From: Deltaproteobacteria bacterium TL4
Lineage (GTDB): Bacteria; SAR324; NAC60-12
Direction: 5' to 3'
Assembly: GCA_051382335.1 (NCBI GenBank)
Contig: JBBCAX010000045.1
Location: 1 to 61,829, forward strand
DNA length: 61,829 nt
Part shown: positions 1-11,654 of the stretch, one piece after another
Layout of the letters: each line of letters starts with the position of its first letter
Position numbering within the stretch: the first letter of the stretch is position 1
The notes under the pieces: generated by a model
Seen by the model: only the letters and a program-made list of their open reading frames with translations
Told to the model about the DNA's origin: nothing
Databases searched by the model: none
Translations under genes and position numbers: made by a program

Positions 1-161
1 CTTTTTTCATGGTGGTATCTCCGATTGTGAGTTAGAAAAATACCAAAGATACCACAGTTTTCGTAAATTTATGACTCAATTCTCAAAAAACGAGGGATGA
101 GGCTCGACTATCTGAAAACGGAGGTTAGCACCATATGTTTATTATATGCAACTGAATTCAT

Positions 162-1976
162 TTAGGTTAAATCCCGAACACCTATGATTTGGCTATTATA
201 ATATTTGGTGAGATCTTCCAACCGGGAAGCGAGGTTGACATTATCGCCAATGACGGTTGAGTCCATACGGTCGTCAGATCCAACCGTTCCAATAACGACA
301 GGACCTGTATGAATGCCTATACCGATTTTGACGGGAAGATATCCCACACTTTGGCGATGTCCGTTGTATATTTTTAGCTCTTCATGCATCTCTATCGCCG
401 CATTGACCGCATAACCCGCAGTATCCTCTTGATGCTCAGGCAGATCAAATAAGGCCATAATCGCATCTCCAATAAATTTATCAATAAACCCTTTATTGTT
501 GTGGATAGGACGATTCATTCTTTTGAAATAGGAGTTTAAAAAGTTGAGGACTTCTTGCGGTTTTAATCCTTCTGAAAATGAAGTGAAGGACCGAATATCA
601 CAAAAAAGAATGCTCATTGTGTCATTTTCCGCTTTTCCCAACTCAATTTCGCTAATTCCTTGAGTCGCAATACGATTGAGAAAACCCATGGGGACAAACT
701 TCTTAAAAGTTTCAGAAATTTTTATAATTTTTTCTGATTCCAATAATTGTAAACTCAAGGCATTCTCTCGATCTTGCTTTAGTAAATTGATTCGGTCGGC
801 CAAACCAAAAGAAAAAAAAATTAAAATGGTAGGCGTAATCAAACCTACTAATTTTTCTATAAAAAAGTTCAGTTCCAACAGGTCGAAAGCCACCAGCAAG
901 TCCAGGATGACAGCCATGGCCAAGATCCCGACGATATAAAACATAAAGCGGGCGGGTCGATAGCCTTTCCTCCATGCGATTACAGAAATGGGCAAGGTAA
1001 TGATGAGAACAAAGTAGGAGGCCAAACCTAAAATGCTTCCTGTTCGGTAATCTCCGAAAATGGAAATCCCCATTTGCACCAAGCACAAGCCTTGAGTCAA
1101 CCTGAGGACTTTATGAAGCTTTGGTGTGAATTGAGAGGACAAGAGGAAGGCTTGGATGAATTGTAACACCCAAAAGACAACAGCACCAATAAACACGATC
1201 GGGCTGACATTAGCCCAAAATGGAGAGTTCGGCCAAAAAAGCTCAAAGGCGTCACCAGACAAACTGGCCCTTAGCAAAAAGGCCATCAAGATGGTGATGA
1301 CAAGGTAGAGGTAGCTGCGTTCTCTGATCGTAAAAAAAATAAAAAGCATGTAAACCGCCAGGACGATAAACGCACCATAAATGAAATATCGAAAGGAAGT
1401 ATCCCCGTAGATATATTGGATGAATGTATCGTTCATCCATAAGATCAGATGAATTCTCATGATACTCTGTGTGTGGAAGCGGATCCATACTTCCTGGGTC
1501 GCACCACGCTCGATTTTTATGGGCAAAACGTACTTGTTGTAGGGAAACGGCCGATCATGAAAGGGAAGATGATCTCCAGTATGCAACGTAATAACGGTAC
1601 CGTTTTTTGCAGGGATGAAGAACTCTATGGAATCCATCGGGGTAAAGGGCAGTTCTAAAAAGCTTTGTAGGGATTCAAACGTTTGATTTTCCAGGCTGAA
1701 GCGAATCCAATAAGCCGACGAAGTGTAAGCAAAATTCAAGATCTCTTTCTCACTTTTTTGCCACGACGACTGCTGACGTTGATCTTTCACATCATCAAAC
1801 GTCAGCTTGTTGGTTGGATCTTCTAAAAACTCAAGGTATTCCCCCACAGGATACATTCCTTTGGGTTTTTCTAGCAATAAAGGGGACGCACAGATCGTAG
1901 TCCCGTATTGCAGGAAGAAAAAGCACAAAAGAAGGTATCGGGGTTTCGCACTATTGAAAACCAATACACGCATCAT
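162..1976 (-). CDS. 7TM-DISM (DISMED2 + 7TM) class III adenylate/guanylate cyclase, apparently C-terminally truncated
   Basis: Periplasmic LNFAYTSSAYWIRF motif, about seven TM segments, cyclase motifs LFCDIRSFT, DKFIGDAIMALF, IGIGIHTG, VIGDNVNLASRLE; ends a few residues later. Confidence 0.85.
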   Translation of the reverse strand: MMRVLVFNSAKPRYLLLCFFFLQYGTTICASPLLLEKPKGMYPVGEYLEFLEDPTNKLTFDDVKDQRQQSSWQKSEKEILNFAYTSSAYWIRFSLENQTFESLQSFLELPFTPMDSIEFFIPAKNGTVITLHTGDHLPFHDRPFPYNKYVLPIKIERGATQEVWIRFHTQSIMRIHLILWMNDTFIQYIYGDTSFRYFIYGAFIVLAVYMLFIFFTIRERSYLYLVITILMAFLLRASLSGDAFELFWPNSPFWANVSPIVFIGAVVFWVLQFIQAFLLSSQFTPKLHKVLRLTQGLCLVQMGISIFGDYRTGSILGLASYFVLIITLPISVIAWRKGYRPARFMFYIVGILAMAVILDLLVAFDLLELNFFIEKLVGLITPTILIFFSFGLADRINLLKQDRENALSLQLLESEKIIKISETFKKFVPMGFLNRIATQGISEIELGKAENDTMSILFCDIRSFTSFSEGLKPQEVLNFLNSYFKRMNRPIHNNKGFIDKFIGDAIMALFDLPEHQEDTAGYAVNAAIEMHEELKIYNGHRQSVGYLPVKIGIGIHTGPVVIGTVGSDDRMDSTVIGDNVNLASRLEDLTKYYNSQIIGVRDLT

Positions 1977-3451
1977 TTATTGTCCGAAATTTACCCTGAA
2001 AGCAACGCCAACTGAACTTGTAGAAGTCCACTGCTGTAACGCCAAGCCTTGACCATACCCCCCTAGGCATCGGCAAGTTCAGGACTTAAAGCTGCGGCGG
2101 CAGCCGCATTCGCTTGCGCTTGTTTCGCATCAGCACTGAGCGTGTCGTCTTCTCTGGCTGAGAGTGTGTGATAGAAGAAGGTTATTTTTGAATCCTTGTT
2201 GATGGGAATCGAGTAGTTTGTCATGAGCGTGGATTCCAACCCTCTGATTAACGTGGCTGTGCCTTCTTCTCCAAATTTTGGAGTGTCATGTTGAGTGTAG
2301 TCGATCGCAAATTCTCCGGCATTTCCAAAATTATAACTGAAGCCCACAGAAATAAAAATTGAGTTCATGACACGGGATTCGTTTTCGGTAACCTGGAGAG
2401 GTTTAATCCCGGCAATCATGGCTTCAGCTTGTGCTGCTGGTATTCCAGACCCGATTAAGCCTGCCAATAATTCGTTTCGCGCACTGTTAATATCTCCTGA
2501 GGGCATGATGATTTCTGCTTTGTCCCCTTGAAAAGACTGGTATCCAAGGTAAGGTTTGAATTTATCAAAATCCAATAATACCGAAAAATTCAAAACGGTG
2601 TGTTTGTATTCAAACTGGAATACTGAAGGAATCGGGACATCGCCCTTGGTGTCTTCACGTCCCCCTGAGGCAACGGTTTGATGGGCCATCGCGAAGGACG
2701 CTAGGCCAACTTTTGTTTTGAACCAGAGCACTTGATCACTGGCTTCATCGACGTTCAAGGTGGCAATGAGTTCTGACCCTGTACCTGCCCCTTTAAATAA
2801 TCCCAGACCGACTTGTGTGTCTTTGCTGAAATTCACATCCACTGAAATTCCCGGCAAGCCATCTATCGCAGACACCGCTCTGGGACCCTGGAAATTGTCT
2901 TCAAAATCCCCCTCAAACACATAGGTGTTTCCAAGGATGGTACTGGATTCCAGAGAATGCGTTCCAACGGTAATCCCCACAGGCAGAATTGGAGAATATC
3001 TCACCCACAAGGCGCCTGCTTTAATCAGGTTTTTGGGTTTTCCACCGGGATCTCCAGAACCAAAAGCGGGGGCATTATCTCGATCATCAGGATCATTGGC
3101 GTCAAGCTTCACCCCTGCGGCACCAATAAACTGATACCAGTCTTCCCCATAACTTCTTTGTTTGCCTCCAAGCATTATGAAATTGAGGGCACTACGGGCC
3201 CGTACTGTTTGGGATGCCCTATTATTTGCCCCATGAAAGGTCCCTGATGCATCAAGTGGTGTCGCGAAATTTGTTTGATTTTTATACAGGGTTTGGATGT
3301 TTCCCTTGATTATTAAAGAACTGTCCTCCTTGAGATCTTTTGTTGATTCTACCACTTTTTCGGTAGCCTGCCTTGCGTCCTCACTGTCAGCATACAGGGA
3401 ATTCATTCCGCCCGAAACTATAAAAACCAATAAAAATGATAACACTCTCAT
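1977..3451 (-). CDS. Outer-membrane beta-barrel/porin-like protein with a 1-nt frameshift near the 3' end
   Basis: Signal peptide from ATG 3451 with GGAGG RBS; amphipathic strands; ORF stops at 2063 but a shifted frame continues GGYGQ...VGVAFRVNFGQ* to TAA 1977-1979, abutting the cyclase ATG. Confidence 0.65.
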
Positions 3452-3546
3452 GCGTTCCTCCCAGAAAAAATTATTATTGCTTATAAAAAAACACCGCCTA
3501 CAGGTTTCAGACAACATCCGTGGTATTTTGTCAACAAGAACTTGAA

Positions 3547-3740
3547 TATAGACGTTCATTTAAATAAATTCATTTGAGTCTAACCCAGACTGTGGAGTGC
3601 CAAAGTTTGCTTTGGCCAGAAAGGCGAAAGCCTTTCTTTGGATTTGGCCAAAGCAAGCTTTGGCACTCCTGAAACAGCGTTGTTTAAACGGATCTCGCAA
3701 CAGGATGAGTTTTCTGAATTTATTTAAATGAACATCTATA
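3547..3740. mobile_element. MITE-like element family A (~194 bp, ~26-bp TIRs, internal GAGTGCCAAAG...CTTTGGCACTC palindrome)
   Basis: TIRs tatagacgttcatttaaataaattca / tgaatttatttaaatgaacatctata; near-identical inverted copy at 52677-52870. Confidence 0.8.
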
Positions 3741-3811
3741 GGTTGAAAATATTATGAAAGTTATTGGCTTATGATTTCTGAAATGAGGCGTGAGGAGAAA
3801 AAAAGAAGTGC

Positions 3812-4360
3812 TTACAATTCCAGACACCTTTTGAGTCCTGCACTCGGAGGAACGTCGTCCAGTTTACTGCACTTTAACTCTGGATTGTTTTGTTGAGCGT
3901 TACCTCGGAAGCACTTATGGCCATTTTGAAAAAGGCAGACCGTCACCGGGGGTTCCGCGATGACTTCCAATTCAAAAGGATCCTTGATACTCAGAGGTGC
4001 GCCAAAGGTCGATTTTCCATCTTTTTCAATGAATTTACTGAGAGCTCTGTTGTTATCGCGGAGGTCTACTCTTCGCCCTAGAAGGCCAGAAACAGTCAGG
4101 TTGATTTTGTAAGTATTACTTGGCGTCGAAGCGTCACTCTTTTCTTCGGGTTGCGAGTCATCAACCGCTTTTTTAATGGCGCCCGCAACAATGACGGCCC
4201 CCACTACGACGGCTGTGATGACAGGATTCGCTCCGCCTTCGTTTTCTGTTTCACAAGCACCTTCTTCATCACAATCAGTTTCAACGGACTCTCCACAAGA
4301 CACCATAGCAAAACAGGCAACCAGGATCAGTACCAGAAGTTTATTGAATTTTATCAGCAT
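3812..4360 (-). CDS. Hypothetical lipoprotein
   Basis: ATG 4360, hydrophobic signal peptide with lipobox MVS-C. Confidence 0.6.
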   Translation of the reverse strand: MLIKFNKLLVLILVACFAMVSCGESVETDCDEEGACETENEGGANPVITAVVVGAVIVAGAIKKAVDDSQPEEKSDASTPSNTYKINLTVSGLLGRRVDLRDNNRALSKFIEKDGKSTFGAPLSIKDPFELEVIAEPPVTVCLFQNGHKCFRGNAQQNNPELKCSKLDDVPPSAGLKRCLEL

Positions 4361-4414
4361 CGTCCACCCCAAATATTGATTAGCAGTTAACAATTATCTC
4401 AATTTTCACTTTCT

Positions 4415-5431
4415 TTACTGAGATTCCATCCATTTTAAAACTTTTTGAGCCGTTTGATCATTGTTCTGTGCCGCTTGGCGATAAAGGGCGAGAGCCTCCT
4501 CCTCACTTTTTGTGACACCAAAACCTTTGCGATACATACTACCTAAATTAAATTGAGCTCGGGCATAGCCTTGATTTGACGCTTTGCGGTACCAATAGAC
4601 GGCCCGTTGATCATTTTTTTCTACACCCAGTCCATGCCGATACATAAATCCCAAAATGGATTGTGAAGGGGCATACCCTTGATCAGCGGATTTTTGATAC
4701 CAGGCCAGGGCTTCTTTTTCGTCAGCAGCGAGACCATAACCTTTGCGATAAATTTTCCCCAAATTGAATTGTCCCTGAGGAGACAGTTGCAGTTCCTGCT
4801 TTAAAACTGGAAGTCCATATTGTCGAATAAACGCACGAAGGTCGCTGCCGGCCTGAGTCGTTTTGCCTGTATGCGCTTCAATCAACTGAGCTAAATGCTC
4901 CAACGTTTTCTTTTTGACCTCCACCGTTTCCTGGGGCATCCCAGGAATTACGGGGAGTTTGGAAAAACCTTTGACCAGGGACTCAACTCTTTGATTTAAT
5001 TGCCGGGTGTCACAGGCTTCACAATATTCATTTTTTACAGTTTTTTTCTCTAAATCAATCAAGGTTAAACTCAATTGCGTGTCTTGGCCTTCCCGGATCA
5101 TCTGCAAGGTAAACAGATTTTCAACCTGAAGAATTTCCTGAATTTTTCGAATACAGATCTCCTCGGTACATTCCTCAAACTCGAGTTGTTCAAAAACCGC
5201 CTCTTGCGCTTTTTGAAATTGTGACTGAGATACCAAATTATATTGAGTTGAAAGTAATTCAAGCAGTCGGTTGAAGACAATCTGCTTTTGAGCATCAGAA
5301 ATGCTGCCTATGGAAGTCACGGGGGACACCGCCGCCTGAGGCAATTCCGCTTGAGCATAGACATTAGGGATCCATACCAACAAGTAGAAACCCCAAAAAC
5401 CCTTTATTATCAAACTCAGTTTTCTTTTCAT
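4415..5431 (-). CDS. Secreted Sel1-repeat protein
   Basis: Signal peptide; three Sel1 repeats, e.g. AVYWYRKASNQGYARAQFNLGSMY. Confidence 0.85.
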   Translation of the reverse strand: MKRKLSLIIKGFWGFYLLVWIPNVYAQAELPQAAVSPVTSIGSISDAQKQIVFNRLLELLSTQYNLVSQSQFQKAQEAVFEQLEFEECTEEICIRKIQEILQVENLFTLQMIREGQDTQLSLTLIDLEKKTVKNEYCEACDTRQLNQRVESLVKGFSKLPVIPGMPQETVEVKKKTLEHLAQLIEAHTGKTTQAGSDLRAFIRQYGLPVLKQELQLSPQGQFNLGKIYRKGYGLAADEKEALAWYQKSADQGYAPSQSILGFMYRHGLGVEKNDQRAVYWYRKASNQGYARAQFNLGSMYRKGFGVTKSEEEALALYRQAAQNNDQTAQKVLKWMESQ

Positions 5432-5642
5432 AAGGTCCTTTGTGCTAAAGGTTGAACGCTTTCTTGTTCTCTACAATACTTGAACCGTTTTGGCAAGCAC
5501 AGATCTTTTCAACTTTTGCCAAGTCGCCTTTTATCAAAGTAGGAATTCTGATAAAAAACAAAATTTGATTTTTGACAGAGCCTTTTAGAGTTGCTATGAA
5601 CTAACCAAGTCCATTGGTAATTGTATTGATTGGGGAGGAAAA

Positions 5643-8258
5643 ATGGTTAGCAAACAGGACATTCAAAATTTCTTAGCCCGTGTGCCACTCACCACAAAAA
5701 TGGTTCTGATGACGGTTGTAGCCGGTGTGTTGATATGGATGGTCGCGGACCGTTACGGAACACTATCCATAAAAAACGCGTTTGAAGTTCAACTCCATTC
5801 TGAACTGGAAAATAGGACCAAAGAAGCACTCTTCTATTTTCGTCACTATATCGCAGCTCATGTGCAAGCCACGAGAATGTTTGTTTTACAAAAAAACATG
5901 ATCGATTATGTTGAAGCTCAAGCCTGGTTACCGTCAGAATCCATCACGATCCAATATCATGATTATCCACCCACATGGTTTGCGAGTTATCCCATTTTGC
6001 GAGCTTTTGTGTTACCTCGTTATGCGTTACTTCTGGATACGCAGGGAAACGTCAGAGAAGTTTTTCAGAGCGATCCGGCAACACCCCCCGCATTTTTACT
6101 TCAACCCAGTGAACACTTGCTTCAATGGAGTCTTAGAGAGCACCATGCGATTGATCCTGAAGGCACACCTTATATCGTTACCTCGGAAAAGGTTTATGGT
6201 AATAAAAAGGCCCCGCTTGCGAGGTTGATGCTTGCCAGTTCCATTGATGAAGATTTTCTTATTACCTCGCTACCCGCGGATGCTGCTGAGTTTATCGTTG
6301 GAATTGTTAGCAATGAAACTTCATCAAAAGTAATTGCCAGTAACGATGAGAGCCTGATCCCCAAAGGCACAACTATTAGTGACTTGAGTCATCGCTATCT
6401 GGTTATTGAACACCCCATGGAATCCTCAGAAATAAATTTTAAATATGCGGTGATGGTTCCCAAAGATAAAATCGAACCGCTAATCCAATCTGTCTTAACA
6501 GATGCTAAAGTGAAACGTGCCCTGATGGCTGTTGCGTTTGTTGTTTCCTTTGCGATGATCATGGTCTGGATCACCAAACGCATTGAACGTTTGAACCAAA
6601 GGGTTGCCGATTTTTCACACAAAGTTCTGGGAGGAGTCGTTTGGGAAGTCAGCCGCGGAGATCAATTGGCCATTCTTGAACAACGTTTTTATCGTTTGTT
6701 GGAGGAAGTCATGATTTCCTATGCTACGATTAAAAAAGAAAAAGAAATCAGTGAAGCGGCAAATAAGGCAAAAAGTGAATTTTTAGCCAATATGTCGCAT
6801 GAAATCCGAACCCCCATGAACGCGATTTTGGGGTTTTCCGAAATTCTGGAACAACAGGTTGGTGATGAAAAGCAAAAGAGTTTCCTCAAGTCCATTCAAT
6901 CAAGTGGCAGTTCGCTGTTGACCTTGATAAACGATATTTTAGACCTTTCCAAAGTGGAAGCGGGAAAATTTGAACTCGAATATGCTCTTTTTCATCCTCA
7001 TCTCCTGTTCCAGGAAATGAAAATGATTTTTTCTCATGCCATTGCCAAGAAAAAGTTAGACTTCCGGATTGAAATTGATTCAGAATTGCCTGAGGCGCTT
7101 TGGTTGGATGAAACGCGACTGCGACAGATTCTTTTGAACCTGGTGGGTAATGCCGTCAAGTTTACAAATAGCGGGAGTGTGACCTTATCGGTTCAAGTTT
7201 ACTTTTCAAAAAAAAACGCGAGTCAAATTATGCTGATGATTTCTGTAAAAGATACTGGAATCGGAATTTACGAAGATCAAATCGAATTGATTTTTGAGGC
7301 GTTCCAACAACAAAGGGGTCAAAGTCACGCGGAATATGGAGGCACAGGCTTAGGACTCACGATTACAAAACGTCTGGTCGACGCGATGGGCGGAACCCTT
7401 TCGGTAAAATCCAAACAAGGGGAAGGGAGTATCTTCAGTGTGGTTCTGAATGATGTTGTTGTTGCCTCTGTTTCCGAAATAGAGAAAACACAACTCAATG
7501 ATGTTGAGCTGGAACTGATTCATTTTGACCATGCTTCTATTTTGATCGTTGATGATGTTGAGGTGAATCGCAATCTGGTCAAATTGTATTTAGAAGCCTT
7601 TCCCTTCACCTTTTATGAAGCCAGTGACGGTCAGGAAGCTATTAAGCTCGCCCAACACTATTTACCCGACTTGATTTTAATGGATATGAAAATGCCTGTT
7701 TTGGGTGGGTGGGAAGCAACCCGAAAAATCAAAAACCATCCGAAAACACAGACCATTCCGGTGATTGCTTTAACGGCCTCCGCAATGAAGGGAACCGCTG
7801 ATGAATACCTGACTTTTGGTGACGCCTATCTAAAAAAACCAATCAGTCAAACACAGCTCATCAAAGAATTGGCCAGGTTTCTCAAACACTCATGGAAGAG
7901 GAAGGCTCTCGGGGACAACGAAGCTATTTCAATAGAACCGCAGAAAACCGAACTGTCTGAAATACCAGAAATCCATTCAACCACCGTGCTATCCGAATTA
8001 TTAAGCGTCCTGGAACATGAATGGAGTGTCCGAAAAACACTTCGTGATGTCATTGTCATTTCCGATTTACAGCGGTTTGGAAAACAGGCTCAGGAATGGG
8101 GAGAACGTTTTCATTACCCGATTTTAAAAAAATGGGGAGAAGACTTGCACTCTCAATCCAGCCTCTTTGATATTGAAAAAATACAAAAAACTTTGGAGGG
8201 ATTTCCTTTTTTCATCAATAAGATTCGTGAATGTCTGCTCAAAACGGTTGAGAATTAG
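5643..8258 (+). CDS. Hybrid sensor histidine kinase/response regulator
   Basis: Two TMs, H-box [15 protein letters not shown]-box [11 protein letters not shown]-boxes DTGIG and GGTGLGL, receiver domain ILMDMKMP. Confidence 0.95.
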   Translation: MVSKQDIQNFLARVPLTTKMVLMTVVAGVLIWMVADRYGTLSIKNAFEVQLHSELENRTKEALFYFRHYIAAHVQATRMFVLQKNMIDYVEAQAWLPSESITIQYHDYPPTWFASYPILRAFVLPRYALLLDTQGNVREVFQSDPATPPAFLLQPSEHLLQWSLREHHAIDPEGTPYIVTSEKVYGNKKAPLARLMLASSIDEDFLITSLPADAAEFIVGIVSNETSSKVIASNDESLIPKGTTISDLSHRYLVIEHPMESSEINFKYAVMVPKDKIEPLIQSVLTDAKVKRALMAVAFVVSFAMIMVWITKRIERLNQRVADFSHKVLGGVVWEVSRGDQLAILEQRFYRLLEEVMISYATIKKEKEISEAANKAKSEFLANMSHEIRTPMNAILGFSEILEQQVGDEKQKSFLKSIQSSGSSLLTLINDILDLSKVEAGKFELEYALFHPHLLFQEMKMIFSHAIAKKKLDFRIEIDSELPEALWLDETRLRQILLNLVGNAVKFTNSGSVTLSVQVYFSKKNASQIMLMISVKDTGIGIYEDQIELIFEAFQQQRGQSHAEYGGTGLGLTITKRLVDAMGGTLSVKSKQGEGSIFSVVLNDVVVASVSEIEKTQLNDVELELIHFDHASILIVDDVEVNRNLVKLYLEAFPFTFYEASDGQEAIKLAQHYLPDLILMDMKMPVLGGWEATRKIKNHPKTQTIPVIALTASAMKGTADEYLTFGDAYLKKPISQTQLIKELARFLKHSWKRKALGDNEAISIEPQKTELSEIPEIHSTTVLSELLSVLEHEWSVRKTLRDVIVISDLQRFGKQAQEWGERFHYPILKKWGEDLHSQSSLFDIEKIQKTLEGFPFFINKIRECLLKTVEN

Positions 8259-8381
8259 GCACTTTTTAAGAATTATTCGACAAGCTGATTATTTTCTGAT
8301 AGAACCCCCAGTATTAGGATCGTGAATCCTCCTCTTTGAGATCGTTTGACCATGAAGAAATATTAATTTTTTAAGGAATCA

Positions 8382-9227
8382 ATGAAAGCCGTAAAGAGTC
8401 TGTTTTTGTTGTTAGTCTTAGTATTTCCATTACAAGTTTTAGGGATGAGTTGTCAGGATTTGGATACTCAAGAAAAAATCAACGCGTTTGTGAAGCAAAG
8501 TAAAGAAACGAATCCTTTAATGCGGGCAAATTTAAGCGTGCATTTAGAGTTGAGTCCGTGTGAAATAAAAGAGTGCTCGGAACCTGAAGCCAAAGCAAGA
8601 AAGGCGAAAGTGGAGCAGATTCATTTAATCAGAAAAGGTTCTGATCGTCGAATTTTCTTTGTTAAAGGTCGGAATGCGCCTCAATGCGCCATTACTCGAG
8701 ACAATCGAAGTTTTCTTTGTGTTGCCTGTGAGTCCAGTTTGAACGGCGAGTGTCGGAGTTTTTCAGAAGCGGAAAATCTGACACAGATTCGAGGCACAAA
8801 CATTGATTCCGCTGATTTTAAGGAGTTAAATGATGACAGCCATACGTCCAAATGTGAAGAAATGAGCAATCCTCCTGAAATTTTAAAAATCACAACCACC
8901 AAAATCAAAGGGGACTCCCCCTATGATACCATCATTACCTATTATGATAGAGAGAAGGAAGTTCCTGTAATACTTAATTACTATGCAACTAAAGTTCTTA
9001 GAAAAGTTTATCGTTTTTTTCCAAAGTATTATGTCCAACGTGATGGACAATGGTTTTCCACCGTAATGCGTGTACGAACAACCCTTGACGATGAACAGAA
9101 ATATGTTTTTGAAACGCTGGTCCATGTGCTGAAAACCCAAACAGACCATTTGGAACTGTATCTAAATCCGATGGAAGATCCGGTTTTAAAAAATATAGAT
9201 TTCGATATGCTGTTTAATACCAACTAA
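8382..9227 (+). CDS. Secreted protein, possible LolA-like outer-membrane lipoprotein-sorting family
   Basis: Signal peptide, Cys pairs; IRGTNIDSADF and SPYDTIITYYD resemble the family. Confidence 0.45.
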   Translation: MKAVKSLFLLLVLVFPLQVLGMSCQDLDTQEKINAFVKQSKETNPLMRANLSVHLELSPCEIKECSEPEAKARKAKVEQIHLIRKGSDRRIFFVKGRNAPQCAITRDNRSFLCVACESSLNGECRSFSEAENLTQIRGTNIDSADFKELNDDSHTSKCEEMSNPPEILKITTTKIKGDSPYDTIITYYDREKEVPVILNYYATKVLRKVYRFFPKYYVQRDGQWFSTVMRVRTTLDDEQKYVFETLVHVLKTQTDHLELYLNPMEDPVLKNIDFDMLFNTN

Positions 9228-9483
9228 AGAGCGTCAAGGTGAAAACTAAAAAATTCACCCGCCTCTCTTTGAAAAAAATATAAAAATTCAATGCGATGCA
9301 GTCTCAACCCTAGATACCGCGTTTTTGAGGGGCAAGCCCATCCTACGCTTGTCCCGCATTAAGTGAGTAGCCTTGCAAAAGATTACGGGGACTTTGATTT
9401 TTGATCTTCTGTTTCATTTTTTTTACCAGGCACTCAATGATTTAAGACATATGTAGATGTCACCGTAACAGTTGAAGGGAAAT

Positions 9484-10218
9484 ATGAAAATGTTGAAGAT
9501 TTTTTTATTGGGGATCCTCTGTTTGGTGTTGAGTGTGAATGTCCTTTATGCTGAATCCACGACTGCTGAGCCTGCCGCGGAGCCTGTAACTGCGGAGTCT
9601 TCCTCTGAACCTGCGGTTGTTGAACCCGTTGTCGCTGAACCCGTTACTGAACCCTCTTCTATTACGCCTGCGGCGGCTGAACCCGTTGTTGCTGAACCTG
9701 TTACTGCGGAACCCGTTGCCGCTGAACCTGCGGTTATTGAACCTATCGCTGTTGAGTCTGTGGTTGCTGAGCCTGCTGCCGCTGAGCCTGCTAATAAATC
9801 TTCTGAAACGCCTCCAGTTTCAACGCGAGAACCCTTGAAAACAATCATGGGATTCAATGTGAATTTCATAATAGAGGTCTTTGTAGGGTTGCTTTATGAA
9901 GAAAATTACAAAGAAATGCTACAGAACATTTCAGCTATTCAAAGTCATAGTATGATGCTGAAAAAAGCAACGTTGGGAGAAAATATTGCCGAACGGAAAA
10001 TTTTTTATTCTTACGTCATCCGTTTGGAATTGTATATAGAGGAATTGTTTAATACTATTTTAAAAATTCAGCGTGTTAAGCAGATTCATGAGCAGGAAAC
10101 GGCAACCCTGAGAGTGGTTGCCGCAGAGTATTTAGGACTCGTTATCAGAACCTGTGTTGAATGTCACTCCCAATTCAAAACTTCAATTCCCTATTCCCAT
10201 CTTGTCCCTCAAAAATAG
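9484..10218 (+). CDS. Exported c-type cytochrome-like protein with Ala/Glu/Pro-rich repeat linker
   Basis: Signal peptide, many AEP(V/A) repeats, helical C-domain ending in CVECH (CxxCH). Confidence 0.65.
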   Translation: MKMLKIFLLGILCLVLSVNVLYAESTTAEPAAEPVTAESSSEPAVVEPVVAEPVTEPSSITPAAAEPVVAEPVTAEPVAAEPAVIEPIAVESVVAEPAAAEPANKSSETPPVSTREPLKTIMGFNVNFIIEVFVGLLYEENYKEMLQNISAIQSHSMMLKKATLGENIAERKIFYSYVIRLELYIEELFNTILKIQRVKQIHEQETATLRVVAAEYLGLVIRTCVECHSQFKTSIPYSHLVPQK

Positions 10219-10478
10219 ACACTGCCTGAAAAGTGAAGCAGGGCGTCATCGAGGTCGTCCAAATCAGTTTAATTTTTTCCCCACTTTTTGGAACTCTCAC
10301 CAATGTAGAGAGACTCTATGCGGTGATAGGTCCAATAGTTTTCAGGGTAAGCCTATTTTCGGTGTCAGTAATTTTTCTATCAATCTGTTTGACAAGGACA
10401 ATGGTTCGAGTTAGTTCTTGAAGAATAAAAACTAACTCGAAAAGAGAGGTGACTGGGAAGTGGCAGGTCATCAATAAA

Positions 10479-11129
10479 TCATGCCAGAGGATCCCGATTT
10501 CGGGTTAACCACTCATAAGTTTTTTGAAGGACATTTCCTCCTCCAATCATCAAGGGACCCATTCCGGAGAGCATCAGACCCAGTGGATTGTCTTCTCCAA
10601 AACTGGACCTGATTGATTCCCCCATATGTTGTGTGGAGGTCCCCGTTTTGATCATCCAGTCGCCCACGGTATTAAAATTAAGCATAATTCCTTTTCCTCC
10701 CGCGACTAACGCCAAATCCGCATCACTGAGTTCCACTTGAGTCTCAGGATTTTGTGGCAGCACCATATGAATTTCTGTTTTGGTATTTTCATAAATCACA
10801 ATATGGGGAGGGGGCTTAATTCCCAGGACTTCTTCAACGGCAGCGATTGGATTACTGAGGAGTCGACCTTTGAATTCAGCATCCGTATAGGCTTTGGACA
10901 TGACTTTCCCAACGACAGGGTCGTCTGAAAAATTAGTTAGTTCTGCCTGGCTCTGTTCTAACAAAACAAAATTCATTTCATCAGAAGAATCTTCGTGGAC
11001 AATGATTTTGATGCTATCAGCGATCTTATAGCCCAGGTCTTTCAAAATCGACTTTGGATTATTGATGAATTCACTTTTGAATGAATGGTCTTCCCACACA
11101 CGCTGAATAATGGTTTCATAATTTTGCAT
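10479..11129 (-). CDS. NHLP (nitrile-hydratase-leader) RiPP precursor with tandem leader domains
   Basis: Two NHLP units (WEDHSFKSEFINNPK; YTDAEFKGRLLSNP), ELSDADLALVAGG double-Gly motif, ~70-aa core. Confidence 0.85.
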   Translation of the reverse strand: MQNYETIIQRVWEDHSFKSEFINNPKSILKDLGYKIADSIKIIVHEDSSDEMNFVLLEQSQAELTNFSDDPVVGKVMSKAYTDAEFKGRLLSNPIAAVEEVLGIKPPPHIVIYENTKTEIHMVLPQNPETQVELSDADLALVAGGKGIMLNFNTVGDWMIKTGTSTQHMGESIRSSFGEDNPLGLMLSGMGPLMIGGGNVLQKTYEWLTRNRDPLA

Positions 11130-11654
11130 TGTTTTCCTATTTTTTATGTGCTCACTTTATTCATGTTTCCAGAATACTCTCCCTCGGGGAGAAGGGGAGA
11201 CAAAATCAATCTGAAATCCAATGGAGTAGAGTAAACAAGAGTTAATCATTTCTTAAAAAGAGATCCCCAAAAAAATTAAGGCTCAACCTAAAAAAATCAT
11301 GTTTTACAATAAGTTATGCTCAAATCACTTATCATGTTGCGAATAGACGCTCGTTATTATAAATCGGATAAATTTTAAAAAAGCAAGAGTCCTTGTAGAA
11401 ACGTTATTTTTCTTGTTCACTTCCCCTCGAAACAAAGGGAAAACATACTTTTGGGCCCGTACCATTTTTTGCGGTTTGACGACAATTATCGCTGAAAGCA
11501 TTTTCATCTAAAAAACGGTGGTACTTTCCCCCTATATGTATTAAGAAAGGAGACAGCATGTCGGAACCATCAAAACAAAGAGTAATATGCTATGTGACGG
11601 GAGCAGGGGCTTGCCCTCAGTGACCAAAGATAGTTTGGGAAAAAGGAGTTTAAT

